A DNA stretch of 64,000 nucleotides from a virus, in the IMG/VR virus record IMGVR_UViG_3300043788_000114, positions 74,517 through 138,516 of that record; one strand, written 5' to 3'. The first letter of the stretch is position 1; each line of letters starts with the position of its first letter. The translations under genes were made by a program, and so were the position numbers. Below are positions 25,567-35,621 of the stretch, piece by piece. The notes beneath the pieces are model-generated. The model made no database searches. It was not told the origin of the DNA and was given only the letters and a program-made list of their open reading frames with translations.

Positions 25567-25767
25567 ATGAAGGGCACAGTGAAATGGTTTAGCAAAGCGA
25601 AGGGATTTGGCTTCATCGGGCGCGAAGGCGGCGAGGACGTCTTCGTGCATTTCACAGGCATTGTCGCAGATGGCTACAAGGAACTCAAGGAAGGCCAAAA
25701 AGTGGAGTTCGACATCGTGCAGGGCCAAAAAGGAAAACAGGCCGAGAATGTAGTTGTGGTGGGATGA
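25567..25767 (+). CDS. cspA: Cold-shock domain protein
   Basis: GTVKWF..AKGFGFI...DVFVHF...GYKEL.EGQKVEF. Confidence 0.95.
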   Translation: MKGTVKWFSKAKGFGFIGREGGEDVFVHFTGIVADGYKELKEGQKVEFDIVQGQKGKQAENVVVVG

Positions 25768-26333
25768 TGCCCAAGCCAATCGGTACCGGCGTGCTATTTC
25801 AGAAAGATGTGCACGGAGACTTTATGAGGTTGACCGGCTCGCGCTACAACGCGATGATGGACAGGCTCGCCAAGAAAAAACTGATCGACAAGGAACATCC
25901 CCCGTTTACGTGCGACCAGTACCGTGCGCAACTATTGACGGCCATGAATGGTAAAGAGGATGGAGCAGCAAAGTGCCGCTACTGTAATCTTTATTTCGGA
26001 ATTTCTGATCTAGCGTCTGACCACGCAATACCGCTGCACAGGAAGGGATCGTTCGGCCTCGACAATATCGAATTCCCGTGCCGCGATTGCAATAATCAGA
26101 AAGGGAAGATGACGCCGGATGAGTTCCTAAAACTTCTGGCATTCCTTGAAACGCTTCCCTTTGCGCGGGTGGATATTCTTCATCGCCTGCAAATGAGCGT
26201 GCAGTTGGCGGCGGGGATGCGCAACCAAGCTCCAGTTGTGAAGGAACTCAAGGACAGCGGAGCGTGGGAGCAAGCACAGCGGATTCGTAAGCAGCGCAAA
26301 CGGGACAAGGAAGCGGGTCTGGGAGCGTTCTGA
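25764..26333 (+). CDS. HNH endonuclease
   Basis: CRYC...DHAIPL..KG....NI...CRDCNNQKG. Confidence 0.82.
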   Translation: MMPKPIGTGVLFQKDVHGDFMRLTGSRYNAMMDRLAKKKLIDKEHPPFTCDQYRAQLLTAMNGKEDGAAKCRYCNLYFGISDLASDHAIPLHRKGSFGLDNIEFPCRDCNNQKGKMTPDEFLKLLAFLETLPFARVDILHRLQMSVQLAAGMRNQAPVVKELKDSGAWEQAQRIRKQRKRDKEAGLGAF

Positions 26334-26692
26334 TGCCGAAGAGAATACAGCGTAAGCGCACCAAAGGCTGGAAGATGCCAGCGACGGCTGTTTATGTTGG
26401 AAGACCTTCTCTATACGGTAACCCATATCCAGTTTCGGTCTACGGTGTGGACCTGAGCCTCAAGCTATTCAGGAATACCGCAAACGGAGTTTGGAATGCG
26501 GCGATGTTGCCGGGAGGATATAAATACGAGATCGCCGAGAAGCAACATTGTGCGTGGCTGCGAAGGTTTGGTAATCATCACCCCCAAGAGTCCATCAGGA
26601 CGTACCTACGTGGGGTGGACCTTGCCTGCTGGTGCCCGCTGTCGCAACCATGTCACGCAGATATTCTTTTGGAGATCGCAAATGAAGGCTGA
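26333..26692 (+). CDS. DUF4326 protein
   Basis: PKRIQRKRTKGWKMP..AVYVGRPS.YGNPY...LRGVDLACWC...CHADILL. Confidence 0.88.
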   Translation: MPKRIQRKRTKGWKMPATAVYVGRPSLYGNPYPVSVYGVDLSLKLFRNTANGVWNAAMLPGGYKYEIAEKQHCAWLRRFGNHHPQESIRTYLRGVDLACWCPLSQPCHADILLEIANEG

Positions 26693-26853
26693 GACGGTTT
26701 TGAAGAGCATCAACGAAGCTATTTCATTGGTGGAGTCAGCGTGTTATTTCAGCCAGCACGATATGCCGGAATCAACACAGGAGAAGTGCTGCGAGGCTAT
26801 CGGACATCTGAAAGCTACGAAACTCCACCTTGAAGCTGACGGAGAGGTGCCGC

Positions 26854-26910
26854 ATGAAGGCTCTTAGCATCCGCGCCCCGTGGTGGTGGGCGATCCTGCA
26901 TGGGAATTGA
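26854..26910 (+). pseudogene. 5' remnant of an ASCH-domain gene
   Basis: MKALSIRAPWWWAILHGN*. Confidence 0.7.
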
Positions 26911-26941
26911 CCGTAGTGTTTATTTGTGTCACAATCTCATC

Positions 26942-27082
26942 ATGAATAAGAAACGCAAACCGGGAGGCGGACGTAAGAAGATTTTCACTCTCTGTCCATA
27001 CTGTAAAAAGTCCTTTAGTGCAAGAGAGTTCCGAGCACATCTGCCTAAGTGTAATCATAGGCCAGATCAAAGGGTGCGATAA
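26942..27082 (+). CDS. Small basic Zn-finger protein
   Basis: CPYC...HLPKC, preceded by TTGACC-17-CACAAT. Confidence 0.6.
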   Translation: MNKKRKPGGGRKKIFTLCPYCKKSFSAREFRAHLPKCNHRPDQRVR

Positions 27083-27727
27083 ATGGGGAGAGGATTGGGT
27101 GTTAGAGGGCACAAACGAATAGTTGCTCCAGCCGGAGAGAAAATTCGTAAGAATCGTGTATGCCCATTTACATGCGGTTGGAATCTTTCCTGTGCGTGCG
27201 GATGGTACGGGGGCCATTTTCCTAACAACACTGCGGCTGATATTGCCTATTCCGCTCACATAAAGGCGATCCTTGCCGAACTTTTCACGTGTGAGACATG
27301 TGGTGGTCAGTACGATATTTCTAAGATGAGAAAAGACTATCGCTACATGTGCAAGCGATGCGGCAATAAAAAAGGAAACGCTTGGCAGAAACAGAACACG
27401 GAAGCTAGCCAGCACCACAAGAGGCGGCACTACTACCGAAACACTTATGGGATAACCATTGAGGAATTTGACGCGTTACTAGCTTCACAGGAGGGAACCT
27501 GCGCGATTTGCAGGAGGAAGATCATGGACCCGCGCGGCTACCATCCCCACGTAGACCACGATCACATAACTGGCAAGGTGCGCGGCGTCCTATGTTTTAG
27601 CTGCAACATAGGACTCGGCGGGTTCAAAGACAACGCTGAATTTCTACGCGCTGCGATTGACTATCTGGAACACCACGCCAAGCCGATCCCCTTTCAAGGG
27701 CGCACTAGGATTTTTCAATGTACCTGA
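27083..27727 (+). CDS. Endonuclease VII-family HNH protein
   Basis: YGIT.EEF...Q.G.CAIC...VDHDH.TGKVRG.LC..CN.GLG. Confidence 0.88.
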   Translation: MGRGLGVRGHKRIVAPAGEKIRKNRVCPFTCGWNLSCACGWYGGHFPNNTAADIAYSAHIKAILAELFTCETCGGQYDISKMRKDYRYMCKRCGNKKGNAWQKQNTEASQHHKRRHYYRNTYGITIEEFDALLASQEGTCAICRRKIMDPRGYHPHVDHDHITGKVRGVLCFSCNIGLGGFKDNAEFLRAAIDYLEHHAKPIPFQGRTRIFQCT

Positions 27728-27756
27728 CGCAATAAGTCTTTATTGAGAGGAGCACC

Positions 27757-28338
27757 ATGCCAAAACGGCTCGACAAAGAAACCTTGTATCTGAGACACGA
27801 TTTTTCAGATGCGGAACGGCTCGAAATGGGCACCAACCTCGCGCAAGCGCACAACCGCCTCGCCCAGATAGACGAGGAAGAGCAAGTCATCAAGGCACAG
27901 ATCAAGGACAAGAAAGCGACGGTGGAGCAGACCATTGGGAGCCTCGCCAGAAATCTGAGCACCGGATGGGAAATGCAGAATGTGATTTGTTCGGCCAAGT
28001 GGGATGATCCTCACGTTGGGGAAGTGACGTACTACGACCCTGACGGGAAGGCAGTCAAGACACGCGCCATGAGCGAGCAGGAGCGCCAGTTGGACCTACC
28101 GCTGGAGGAGCCAGCCACGGAAGCAGCAGTTGAGGCGTCGGTAGCCAAGTCCGCCGAGGCTGTAGACGACTTCTTTGGCAAGCCAGATGGCGAGGAGCCG
28201 GACGGTGAAGCCGATGAGCGACCTCAAGCCGCCCAGCCGAAATCTGGCCCCGCCGAGCTACAGGCCTTTCACGATACTGAAGTGGCAAAAGAAGAGAAAC
28301 GTGGACGGGGAAGGCCCAAGAAGACGGCTGATTTTTAG
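27757..28338 (+). CDS. Hypothetical phage protein
   Basis: GAGGAG RBS, coiled coil, acidic tail with a RGRGRPKK AT-hook-like motif. Confidence 0.7.
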   Translation: MPKRLDKETLYLRHDFSDAERLEMGTNLAQAHNRLAQIDEEEQVIKAQIKDKKATVEQTIGSLARNLSTGWEMQNVICSAKWDDPHVGEVTYYDPDGKAVKTRAMSEQERQLDLPLEEPATEAAVEASVAKSAEAVDDFFGKPDGEEPDGEADERPQAAQPKSGPAELQAFHDTEVAKEEKRGRGRPKKTADF

Positions 28339-28416
28339 GTAGCAAATCCTGACGGGCCGGGGCTACAGTCGAAGAGGACAAGCTCCGGTACCGCGCGGGA
28401 TGCGGAGGAGAGAAGA

Positions 28417-28737
28417 ATGGGTCACAGATGGGATTGTCCGACTGACTACGAAGCTGAGCGCGAAGGAGGAAGAGCAGCCGAGCGTGGGCGCTCCATCTAT
28501 TCAAACCCCTATTCCGATCACGGATTCCAGCCATGTCACGAAGCGGAAGAAAATTGGGAGCGTGGATTTCGACGTGAGCAGCGTGCGATAGAAGATCGCC
28601 AAGAAGAGGAGCGCATGGAGGCACGTCGCGCGGAGCAACGGCGGGAGGAAGCGCGGTGGGAAGAATATTGGTCTCAGCAACAGTATGAAGAGCAGGAATA
28701 TCCTGAACCTCCAACCGAAGAAGCACCTAGCGCCTGA
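28417..28737 (+). CDS. Hypothetical protein
   Basis: GGAGGAG RBS; NPY...W..GF motif and a charged tail. Confidence 0.6.
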   Translation: MGHRWDCPTDYEAEREGGRAAERGRSIYSNPYSDHGFQPCHEAEENWERGFRREQRAIEDRQEEERMEARRAEQRREEARWEEYWSQQQYEEQEYPEPPTEEAPSA

Positions 28738-28757
28738 CCCGGCGCAGCGAGGGGAGT

Positions 28758-29243
28758 ATGGACGACGAGGACGGAATTGTGATCACTAAAATCGAAGTTA
28801 GCTTTGCGCGTCCTGTTGAGTTGACGCAGCGGGAAATGCAGGCGATCCATGAGATCGTTGGAAATGCGGCGAGACGTACAGAAACTCCCGAGTTCGTCCA
28901 TTGGGCCGCTGGGACTGGATCAAAACCAAATTGGTCGAAAACCGATTGCAAGATATTCAGCTATGAACCAACCGCCGACTCGCCTGAAAGCGGAGAGCCT
29001 ACTTGGGATGATTCGGTGTACTTCATAGAAACTGCGACGCGGGAACGTTACGACAGTGAGCCGTTCAAGCCCTACCAGAAGCCCAAGACTCAGGCTGATC
29101 GTTTCTGCGAGTTATTGGAAGCCATTGATCAGCGGTGCGCTGCGGCTGATGGACCTGTGACGCCAACACTACTAGAAGCGACTGCGGATGAGTTGAGGAA
29201 GTTGTATGTATTCGCTGACAGGATACGCAAATCGGCAATCTGA
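28758..29243 (+). CDS. Hypothetical protein
   Basis: GAGGGGAG RBS. Confidence 0.6.
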   Translation: MDDEDGIVITKIEVSFARPVELTQREMQAIHEIVGNAARRTETPEFVHWAAGTGSKPNWSKTDCKIFSYEPTADSPESGEPTWDDSVYFIETATRERYDSEPFKPYQKPKTQADRFCELLEAIDQRCAAADGPVTPTLLEATADELRKLYVFADRIRKSAI

Positions 29244-29498
29244 CAACGAGCGCGGACTGAGAGGACTGAAGGCATGATCGACATGAAGGCGAATCAGTCG
29301 ATGCCAAGGGGTTTAGCGATTTGTACATTAGCCGTAGGGGCGTTTGCTGTTTGGTGCGTGTGGGAATCTTTTCACAATGAGGCCATCGCTATACGCGTAT
29401 TGGCCATACTTTTCGGAGTCACTGCGTTGGCTGCGCTTTTAGGATTCTTGCTTATTATGATAAACGCCGTTTTATCACTGTTTGGGAAAGGTTGAGGC

Positions 29499-30167
29499 AT
29501 GATCGACAGCGAGAGAGTAGAGGCAGAGTTGAAACCATGTCCGTTCTGCGGGAGCGCAGATGTGGGGGTAACTCAAGGTGGTTGGTTCTTTTGGACGCGG
29601 TGTCGTCAGTGCAAAGCGCAAGGAGCCTCGGAGGGCACGTTTGAAAAAGCGATGACAACATGGAACACCCGCGCCGCCCTCACCGCCGACGAGCAGCCGG
29701 TCGCACCGAAGAACTGGGCTAGCAGCGATCCAGAGGCGCATCGGCAGGCTTATGCTGACGCGCGCGATCAATCTCCCGCCCCCGAGCCGTTCGTGTACAA
29801 GGACGCGGATGCAGCCCAGCAATACGCAAGTGGAAACGGAGAACATGGAGAACCAACTCCCGCGCAGGGACGGTGGATTACACTGGACGCCCATCAAGCA
29901 GAGATTGAGTCCATCGACCGTGAGTGGGAGAAGGCAATCTTGGCGGACGCATTGGTGCTGCACGCGAGCGAGAGTCATCCTATGCGGAAGGAAAGGTTGG
30001 CGTACATTAACCGGCTCCGCGCCCGTCTCACAGCGCGCGAGAGAGTGACAGGCCAGCATACCTATAGCTACGAGACAGTGCGCGGCTTGGTAAAGTGGCG
30101 CGATGAGAGGATTGTCGCATTAGAATTGGAACTCGCCCAGCATAAGGCAGTGAAGGAGGGACAGTGA
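29499..30167 (+). CDS. Protein with a Lar (restriction alleviation)-like Zn ribbon
   Basis: LKPCPFCGS...C..C.A.G......A...WNTRA. Confidence 0.7.
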   Translation: MIDSERVEAELKPCPFCGSADVGVTQGGWFFWTRCRQCKAQGASEGTFEKAMTTWNTRAALTADEQPVAPKNWASSDPEAHRQAYADARDQSPAPEPFVYKDADAAQQYASGNGEHGEPTPAQGRWITLDAHQAEIESIDREWEKAILADALVLHASESHPMRKERLAYINRLRARLTARERVTGQHTYSYETVRGLVKWRDERIVALELELAQHKAVKEGQ

Positions 30168-30673
30168 GCGACGGAATCAATGACGGCCACGCATACACGC
30201 AGGGAGCACCGATAAGCGTTACGGGCAAGAGTCCGCGCCGCGAGTTGGCTGAAATGAACGAACAAACGAACATGCTCCGTAAGCAGGAGCAAATGTTTCG
30301 GAGCAAACCAGTGACCGATAACCCGAAGGTGCCCATCGCGGAAGATTTGCGCGGGTTGCACACGCAGGCCGTGACAGACAAGTCGGGTCCATCTACCGTG
30401 CGGGGATTTTTGTACGCGAATATCCAGCAACTCATCCTGCGCACCTCCCGCGCCGAGGCCGCGCTGGAAGCCTTGCAGTGGACCCCGATAAGCGCGAAGG
30501 AATTGCCCGAGATAGGGGATGAGGTGCTTTGCTGGAACAACGGTCAGCCCATGGTTGGCAATGTTCTGGAACCGCTGCCCGTCAAACGTTTCCGGCTCCG
30601 AGCAGCAAAGAGAAATGGCTGGACCCACCGCCGCCCGCTCACCCCACCCCGCAGAGAGGAGAAGCAACCATGA
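30164..30673 (+). CDS. Hypothetical protein
   Basis: Coupled ORF; WTPISAKELPEIGDEVL. Confidence 0.55.
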   Translation: MSDGINDGHAYTQGAPISVTGKSPRRELAEMNEQTNMLRKQEQMFRSKPVTDNPKVPIAEDLRGLHTQAVTDKSGPSTVRGFLYANIQQLILRTSRAEAALEALQWTPISAKELPEIGDEVLCWNNGQPMVGNVLEPLPVKRFRLRAAKRNGWTHRRPLTPPRREEKQP

Positions 30674-31053
30674 AAATGAGAATGAAAATCCTGATCGTTG
30701 TGCTCCTGTCACTAGCAGCGAGCAACGTGACTGTACATTCACAATCATGGCAGTCGTCACAATTCCACCCACCAAAGACAACGGTGTGGGTCATCATCGG
30801 CTATTCGTTGGACCTGAACTGCGATAAGAGCGGCTGTCTCGGGGTCAACGCCTACTGGACCGGCTTAGATAAGCCGTTTCGAGATCATTGGCCGAATGGC
30901 TGGTCGCCCAACTGGAAAGACGCCAAAAGATATGGCAAAGATGATCCAGACCCTTACTACGACGTTCCTAACGGGATGCACTGTTGCTACTCGGAATACC
31001 CAACGCCCATCAACTCAAAGACAGGCAGAGAAGACTACAAGGGAATTCCTTAG
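30670..31053 (+). CDS. Secreted hypothetical protein
   Basis: Signal-peptide-like N-terminus. Confidence 0.5.
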   Translation: MKMRMKILIVVLLSLAASNVTVHSQSWQSSQFHPPKTTVWVIIGYSLDLNCDKSGCLGVNAYWTGLDKPFRDHWPNGWSPNWKDAKRYGKDDPDPYYDVPNGMHCCYSEYPTPINSKTGREDYKGIP

Positions 31054-31544
31054 CGAGGAGAAGCCGAATGGCGAACGGAGTTAAAGCAACCACCTACGGT
31101 CATGAATTCACCGGAGCGGATAAGGACATCGATCCTGATGACATCTACGTGAGACGATGTGACTACGCCGCCCTTGGGCAGGAGAACGCGCAACTGCGGG
31201 AGGAGAATACGAAGTTGAAGCAGCCGGTGAGCGATGCGGAGAAGATTCGCAGTATTGCGCTTGCGGCGGCGAGAGAGATTGCTGAGAGCTTCAATATCTC
31301 GACGCCGCGCGGGATGAGCTACAGCAATGGGATTCTGCACACGATCAGGGATCATCATTGAAACGCATCTGCGCGGCGAATCGCGTGAATCCCTCCTCGC
31401 CGCCCGCTCCCAGACTGAGGGTGGCAAGTAGTTTCTGATAGTTAAGCTAGTTTTGTATCAAATAAGACATTTTCATACACACCACGTTATTCCATGCAGG
31501 TTAGCGCAGAGCAGGCGCAGGAATGAGAAAACTTTTGGTTCCTG

Positions 31545-32255
31545 TCAGGCCGCTTTCTGACGTTCTCTGGCCAGAATCTTGGCAACGACCGACGCGCGCC
31601 ATGACTTGCCTCTGCGGGATGGAATGCCAGCCGAATTGAGGTTTGCCGCGATGGAGCCGCAGGCGACATTGGCCCGGTGCCACGCGAGGATCATGCGCAA
31701 TGGCTCGGCCTCTCCGGGTTTCTGACCATACGGTTTTCTTCCCTCAGCGTTCTTATTTAAGGCCGGGTCCGGCGAGTAGTTCTTCGCCCCCGGCGCGCGG
31801 CCTTGCTCCTTTATCCGCTCTCGCGCGGCCTTTAATTTGCTCGTGATCATGGCGCGCTCGTACTGGAAGAAGGCTCCGAGAATCTGCCGGATCACTGTGC
31901 GGGTGGGATCGGCGGAGAACAGATCGGGCTCTGAGACGGAGATGAGGGTAATCCCCTTGCGTTGTAGGTCTTGGACGATGGATTCCTGAATCATCAGGTC
32001 TCTCGCCAGCCGATCTAACTTCTCGATCAGCAGGATGCGTGTCCCATTCGCCAGCAGGGCATCGATGCAGGCCCGGAGCGCGGGCCGGTTGTCGAGTTCA
32101 GACTTTCCCGTGACGCCCCTCTCCGGGTAGGAGACGACGATTTTAAGGTCGTTCTTGGCCGCAAAGTGCTCGCAGGCAGCGAACTGGCGCGGGAAACCAT
32201 CCCCATCGGCCTGAGAGAGACCAGAGACGCGCAGGTAGGCGAAGGCGCTATCCAC
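31545..32255 (-). CDS. Serine recombinase (resolvase/invertase family)
   Basis: AYLRVS...Q, GVTGK...RPAL, LLIEKLDRLARD, YER.MI; C-terminal IAANLN..G...RG..W....V. Confidence 0.92.
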   Translation of the reverse strand: MDSAFAYLRVSGLSQADGDGFPRQFAACEHFAAKNDLKIVVSYPERGVTGKSELDNRPALRACIDALLANGTRILLIEKLDRLARDLMIQESIVQDLQRKGITLISVSEPDLFSADPTRTVIRQILGAFFQYERAMITSKLKAARERIKEQGRAPGAKNYSPDPALNKNAEGRKPYGQKPGEAEPLRMILAWHRANVACGSIAANLNSAGIPSRRGKSWRASVVAKILARERQKAA

Positions 32256-32442
32256 GTGTCCTCAGCCTCCTGTAAATGAAGAATCCAAGGCACACAGCGA
32301 GGCAAATCTGGCTCGTTATCCAGAACGGATCGTCCCATAAACTGCGATACCTAGAGCCAAACAGGTGAATCCCAGCAATCACGTAGCACACGGTGCTCAC
32401 TACGAGAAACCCTGCGTTGACGGTCAATGCGATCTTTCTCAC
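32248..32442 (-). CDS. Small two-TM membrane protein
   Basis: Two hydrophobic segments; coupled ORF. Confidence 0.55.
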   Translation of the reverse strand: MRKIALTVNAGFLVVSTVCYVIAGIHLFGSRYRSLWDDPFWITSQICLAVCLGFFIYRRLRTRG

Positions 32443-32714
32443 GGCTTCACCGCCTTGGCGAGCGCCGTATTTGCTTTCAGGACTGCGTACATCAGAGGTG
32501 ACCCAAACTTCACATCGCCGATTTCGTCACGTAGCTTTTCCAGCGCCGCGTACAGGTCCGGCGCGGCGGCTATCAGGCGAGCGTTGGCTTCGCCCGTGTA
32601 TACAGTCTCCACAAGGTTGCCGTCAGCATCGTGGATCATAAAGCCTTGGTCGAACTTAGTGAGCGTCCACGGCCCCGGTGCAAACCTGAGCACCTCAGAA
32701 GAATTCTGTGTCAT
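32439..32714 (-). CDS. Phage 'PGPW...ANARLIAAAPDL' family protein (copy 2)
   Basis: 44-codon core identical to 13264-13548, with different termini. Confidence 0.75.
   Translation of the reverse strand: MTQNSSEVLRFAPGPWTLTKFDQGFMIHDADGNLVETVYTGEANARLIAAAPDLYAALEKLRDEIGDVKFGSPLMYAVLKANTALAKAVKP
32548..32680 (-). repeat. 133-bp perfect inverted repeat, right copy
   Basis: Exact reverse complement of 13283-13415. Confidence 0.92.
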
Positions 32715-32919
32715 CGCTATTCCTCACTTTCAAAGGTTTCGGTAGTTCGATCTTCGGTCGCTTGGCAGGCTTGCGTTTCTTCTTCACACCGTCCCACTCG
32801 CGGCTACGGCAGAATTTGCAGTGCGACGGCGGGCGCTTGGACAGGGTGAGCCATGCTTTCCCACATCCTTGCACTTCACACTGGCACTCAAGAGCGGATA
32901 CCTGAACGATCCTCTTCAT
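32695..32919 (-). CDS. Zn-ribbon protein
   Basis: CQCE..GCG..W.....P..CKFC....WDG. Confidence 0.7.
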   Translation of the reverse strand: MKRIVQVSALECQCEVQGCGKAWLTLSKRPPSHCKFCRSREWDGVKKKRKPAKRPKIELPKPLKVRNSDDTEFF

Positions 32920-33284
32920 GCTTGCAACATCCCAGAGCGGAGTTCATCCAACGCCGCCTGCTCGCGGGCCATGACGCGCGACCATGTGGCTACCTTTGCT
33001 TTAACCCACGGCACTTTCCAATCGAGAGTGCGCGTGGCCTTCAATTCGGTTTCTACCGCGTATATTTCCTGCTCGACATTCGCGATCTGCTTCAGGCGCT
33101 CACGCGTAAACTTCGCAGCTTCATCCCACAATTCCTTTTGACTGACGCGCGCCAAGATTTTCACGTAGAGATCGTTTGTCGTGAAGAATGCCCACACAGG
33201 TTCATTATTGAGCGTGCTGCCACGGCGGTGAATCTCCACATTCCCCCAGTGCTTCCTCACAAACTCCTCGTTCGCATCCATCAC
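32916..33284 (-). CDS. Hypothetical protein
   Basis: Coupled ORF. Confidence 0.55.
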   Translation of the reverse strand: MMDANEEFVRKHWGNVEIHRRGSTLNNEPVWAFFTTNDLYVKILARVSQKELWDEAAKFTRERLKQIANVEQEIYAVETELKATRTLDWKVPWVKAKVATWSRVMAREQAALDELRSGMLQA

Positions 33285-33461
33285 ACACCTGCTTTCGGAT
33301 GGTTGTGGTCCCAGAAGATCGACTTCTCAATCTGGTTACGGGAGACTTCAACGTGTTCCCCATCAAAATCCAGAATGATCGAGTCCGGGTCAGTGCTGGG
33401 GCCGACGACGCGACCGAACTCCTCGCGGCGCTTGTGCCAGACGGTCACGCCCGCAGGCGGA

Positions 33462-33770
33462 TCAGGATATGCTTCGTACATGGGTATCTCCTTCAATGCG
33501 TGGTAGCCAGTGCCGCCGCAGGTTAGAGAACGGCACATCGATCTTCTCTTCCGGTAGTCCCAAGAGGATCGCCTTCTCGGCCATCCCGTAGGCTGTTTCC
33601 AGATAGCGCCGGTTGATGTCCGCATCGCGGTAAGGAGCAAGACGGAGTGCCCGGTAATACTCGACGATGGCCATCTTGCGGTACCAATCCGCCACATAGG
33701 GATCAGGCACGACAGCTTGATCGAGCGCGCGCAGGATCGACCGTATCTCCTCCCGGACAGACGGCATCAC
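33462..33770 (-). CDS. Hypothetical protein
   Basis: Coupled ORF. Confidence 0.55.
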   Translation of the reverse strand: MMPSVREEIRSILRALDQAVVPDPYVADWYRKMAIVEYYRALRLAPYRDADINRRYLETAYGMAEKAILLGLPEEKIDVPFSNLRRHWLPRIEGDTHVRSIS

Positions 33771-33964
33771 CGGCCTCGCTTCTTTGGTTGGCTATCATCA
33801 TCCTTGCGTCGTTTGTCAACACCGTTCCACGTGTACCGGTGGCACCAGTTACAACGCGTGGGAATGCGTTCGTCCTTCGAGAGCCACGGCTTACCTTTGC
33901 CGATGCAGTCATCTAACTCGCACCGGCATTCATTCACTTTTTTCGTTATGACTTTGACGCTCAT
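33767..33964 (-). CDS. Zn-ribbon protein (paralog of 32695-32919)
   Basis: CRCE..DC.....W......P.RCNWC....WNG. Confidence 0.7.
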   Translation of the reverse strand: MSVKVITKKVNECRCELDDCIGKGKPWLSKDERIPTRCNWCHRYTWNGVDKRRKDDDSQPKKRGR

Positions 33965-34797
33965 TGCTTCGCCTTTCCGCGCTCTGCTTCTAGCGCCTCC
34001 AGATAGAGTTTCTGTGCCTTGGCCACGTGCTCCTCGGTCTGCGGTACCCCGCCAGTGTTTATCGATAGGAACAGCCATAGGATGTCAGCCTTCGACACTT
34101 TCTCAGAATGCATAGTGGCTATCTGGACCGTCAGGTCCTCGAACACATTCTTGTCATCACGGCTGAACTGGAACCACGTCTTACCTTCATAAGGGAAACG
34201 TCCCTGAGTGAAGTCTAGGATCGCATTGAGGCGTTGCTTTCCGTCGACTACTTCGTAACGATTCTCCGGATAAGGACGCTCAAGAAAGACAAACTTCCCT
34301 ATGTCCATCCTGTTCATAATGCTCTTGACGAGACGCTGTTTGTCTTCGAGCGTCCACACGTAGTCACGCTGGTAGTCTGGCGAGTCGAGCAACCCTCTCC
34401 AATAGGCGTAGTGCAACAGGGCACCCATCGAAGTCTGGGTGTATTGAATGTTGATTCGCGGGCGACCGAAAGCGGTGTCTTCTTCGAGCGCGATAGGATC
34501 AACCGACGTCCACCACACTAACACTGGAATACGGCGGTGGTTGTCCCAGTCCTTCCCGTAAGTAGTTCCACGGTCATGGACGCTGAGATGGAGCAGGCGA
34601 CCATCCTTGAGAACTTCTTCCACCCTCGGCTCGTGACGGGCACCGTAGCGAACCGACTCTCCAACCTTGAATGGATAGTTGGACGGCGGCACGTTGGCGT
34701 CGTAGTCCCCAGAATGAACATGGAAACTTTTCCACTCTCTGGCGAGAAACTCTTCGTAGGTCTGCGGCTCTTTGATTTTCGGTTCACGCTTTGCCAT
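33961..34797 (-). CDS. DUF262 (GmrSD N-terminal/ParB-like) domain protein
   Basis: PDYQRDYVW...LVKSI....IG...VVDGKQRLNAI...F..IN.GG. Confidence 0.85.
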   Translation of the reverse strand: MAKREPKIKEPQTYEEFLAREWKSFHVHSGDYDANVPPSNYPFKVGESVRYGARHEPRVEEVLKDGRLLHLSVHDRGTTYGKDWDNHRRIPVLVWWTSVDPIALEEDTAFGRPRINIQYTQTSMGALLHYAYWRGLLDSPDYQRDYVWTLEDKQRLVKSIMNRMDIGKFVFLERPYPENRYEVVDGKQRLNAILDFTQGRFPYEGKTWFQFSRDDKNVFEDLTVQIATMHSEKVSKADILWLFLSINTGGVPQTEEHVAKAQKLYLEALEAERGKAKQ

Positions 34798-35198
34798 CAC
34801 TGCTCTCCTTCTTTCTTCCACATCGTCATCAATCCACGGCCCAGTACGCGGGCCTCGTCCACGGACATGTCAATCGTCAAGCGCCGGTCGTCATCGCTGT
34901 CAAAGTTGATATGGACGCGCTCCGGTCCATCATTACGCTGCGATCCGCTAACATGCGCCTCGCAGAGGACAGGTTTCTTGGATCGCCGCTTTCCGAATCG
35001 TGGCCACGCCATCATCGCTCATTCTCCGCTTGTGCTGCTCGTTCTCTGCCGGTGACGGGCAGAGGTTTGACAGTTCCTTTTCCGAGGCACCATGGACACA
35101 CGCGACTTACCCGCACTGTCATGGGCCTGCCATAGATACCGCTCACATCCTTCTGGCCGAAGAGCCAGCGTTCGCCCCCGCATACCGTGCAAACCCGT

Positions 35199-35450
35199 TC
35201 AACAGTCACGCCTGTTCTCCTTGATCGTCACGACGCGAAGATTCGCAGGACGATTGTCGTGAATATCCCCATTGATGTGATCGATTGCGAGGCCTTTGTA
35301 AATGTGTCCTCCGACAAGTGCGAGCACGGCATCAGCGATGATCTCGCGTGCGTCGTCATCGTACAGGTCGGGATTCTGCAAGTAATGCAGGCAGACGCGA
35401 TTCAAGATCGCCAATCCTCGCTCGACTCGTGTGTTCATGGCGACTTCCAC
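35199..35450 (-). CDS. HNH-motif small protein
   Basis: IDHINGDIHDNRPANLR. Confidence 0.6.
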   Translation of the reverse strand: MEVAMNTRVERGLAILNRVCLHYLQNPDLYDDDAREIIADAVLALVGGHIYKGLAIDHINGDIHDNRPANLRVVTIKENRRDC

Positions 35451-35621
35451 GCTACCATCCCCCCCGTATCACAGCGGCAGGATGCACGCTGGCGTTCGTG
35501 ATGAACCCGTAGGGATTGCCTACTGTCTTCTCCGTGTGGTCCATCTCCACCGTGACCCGCTGTACCTTGAGCGGCTTAGGATTGGGCATGGGTTCGATGT
35601 TCAATTTGGTAAAGTCGATCT

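Noticed and set aside
26910-27680. Self-splicing intron in the ASCH gene
   Set aside because: No recognisable group I or II core, and the joined flanks would lack most of the ASCH domain.
31068-31431. Programmed frameshift extending the last gene of the rightward operon
   Set aside because: A +1 continuation to TAG 31431 is readable, but there is no slippery site; a simple indel is as likely.
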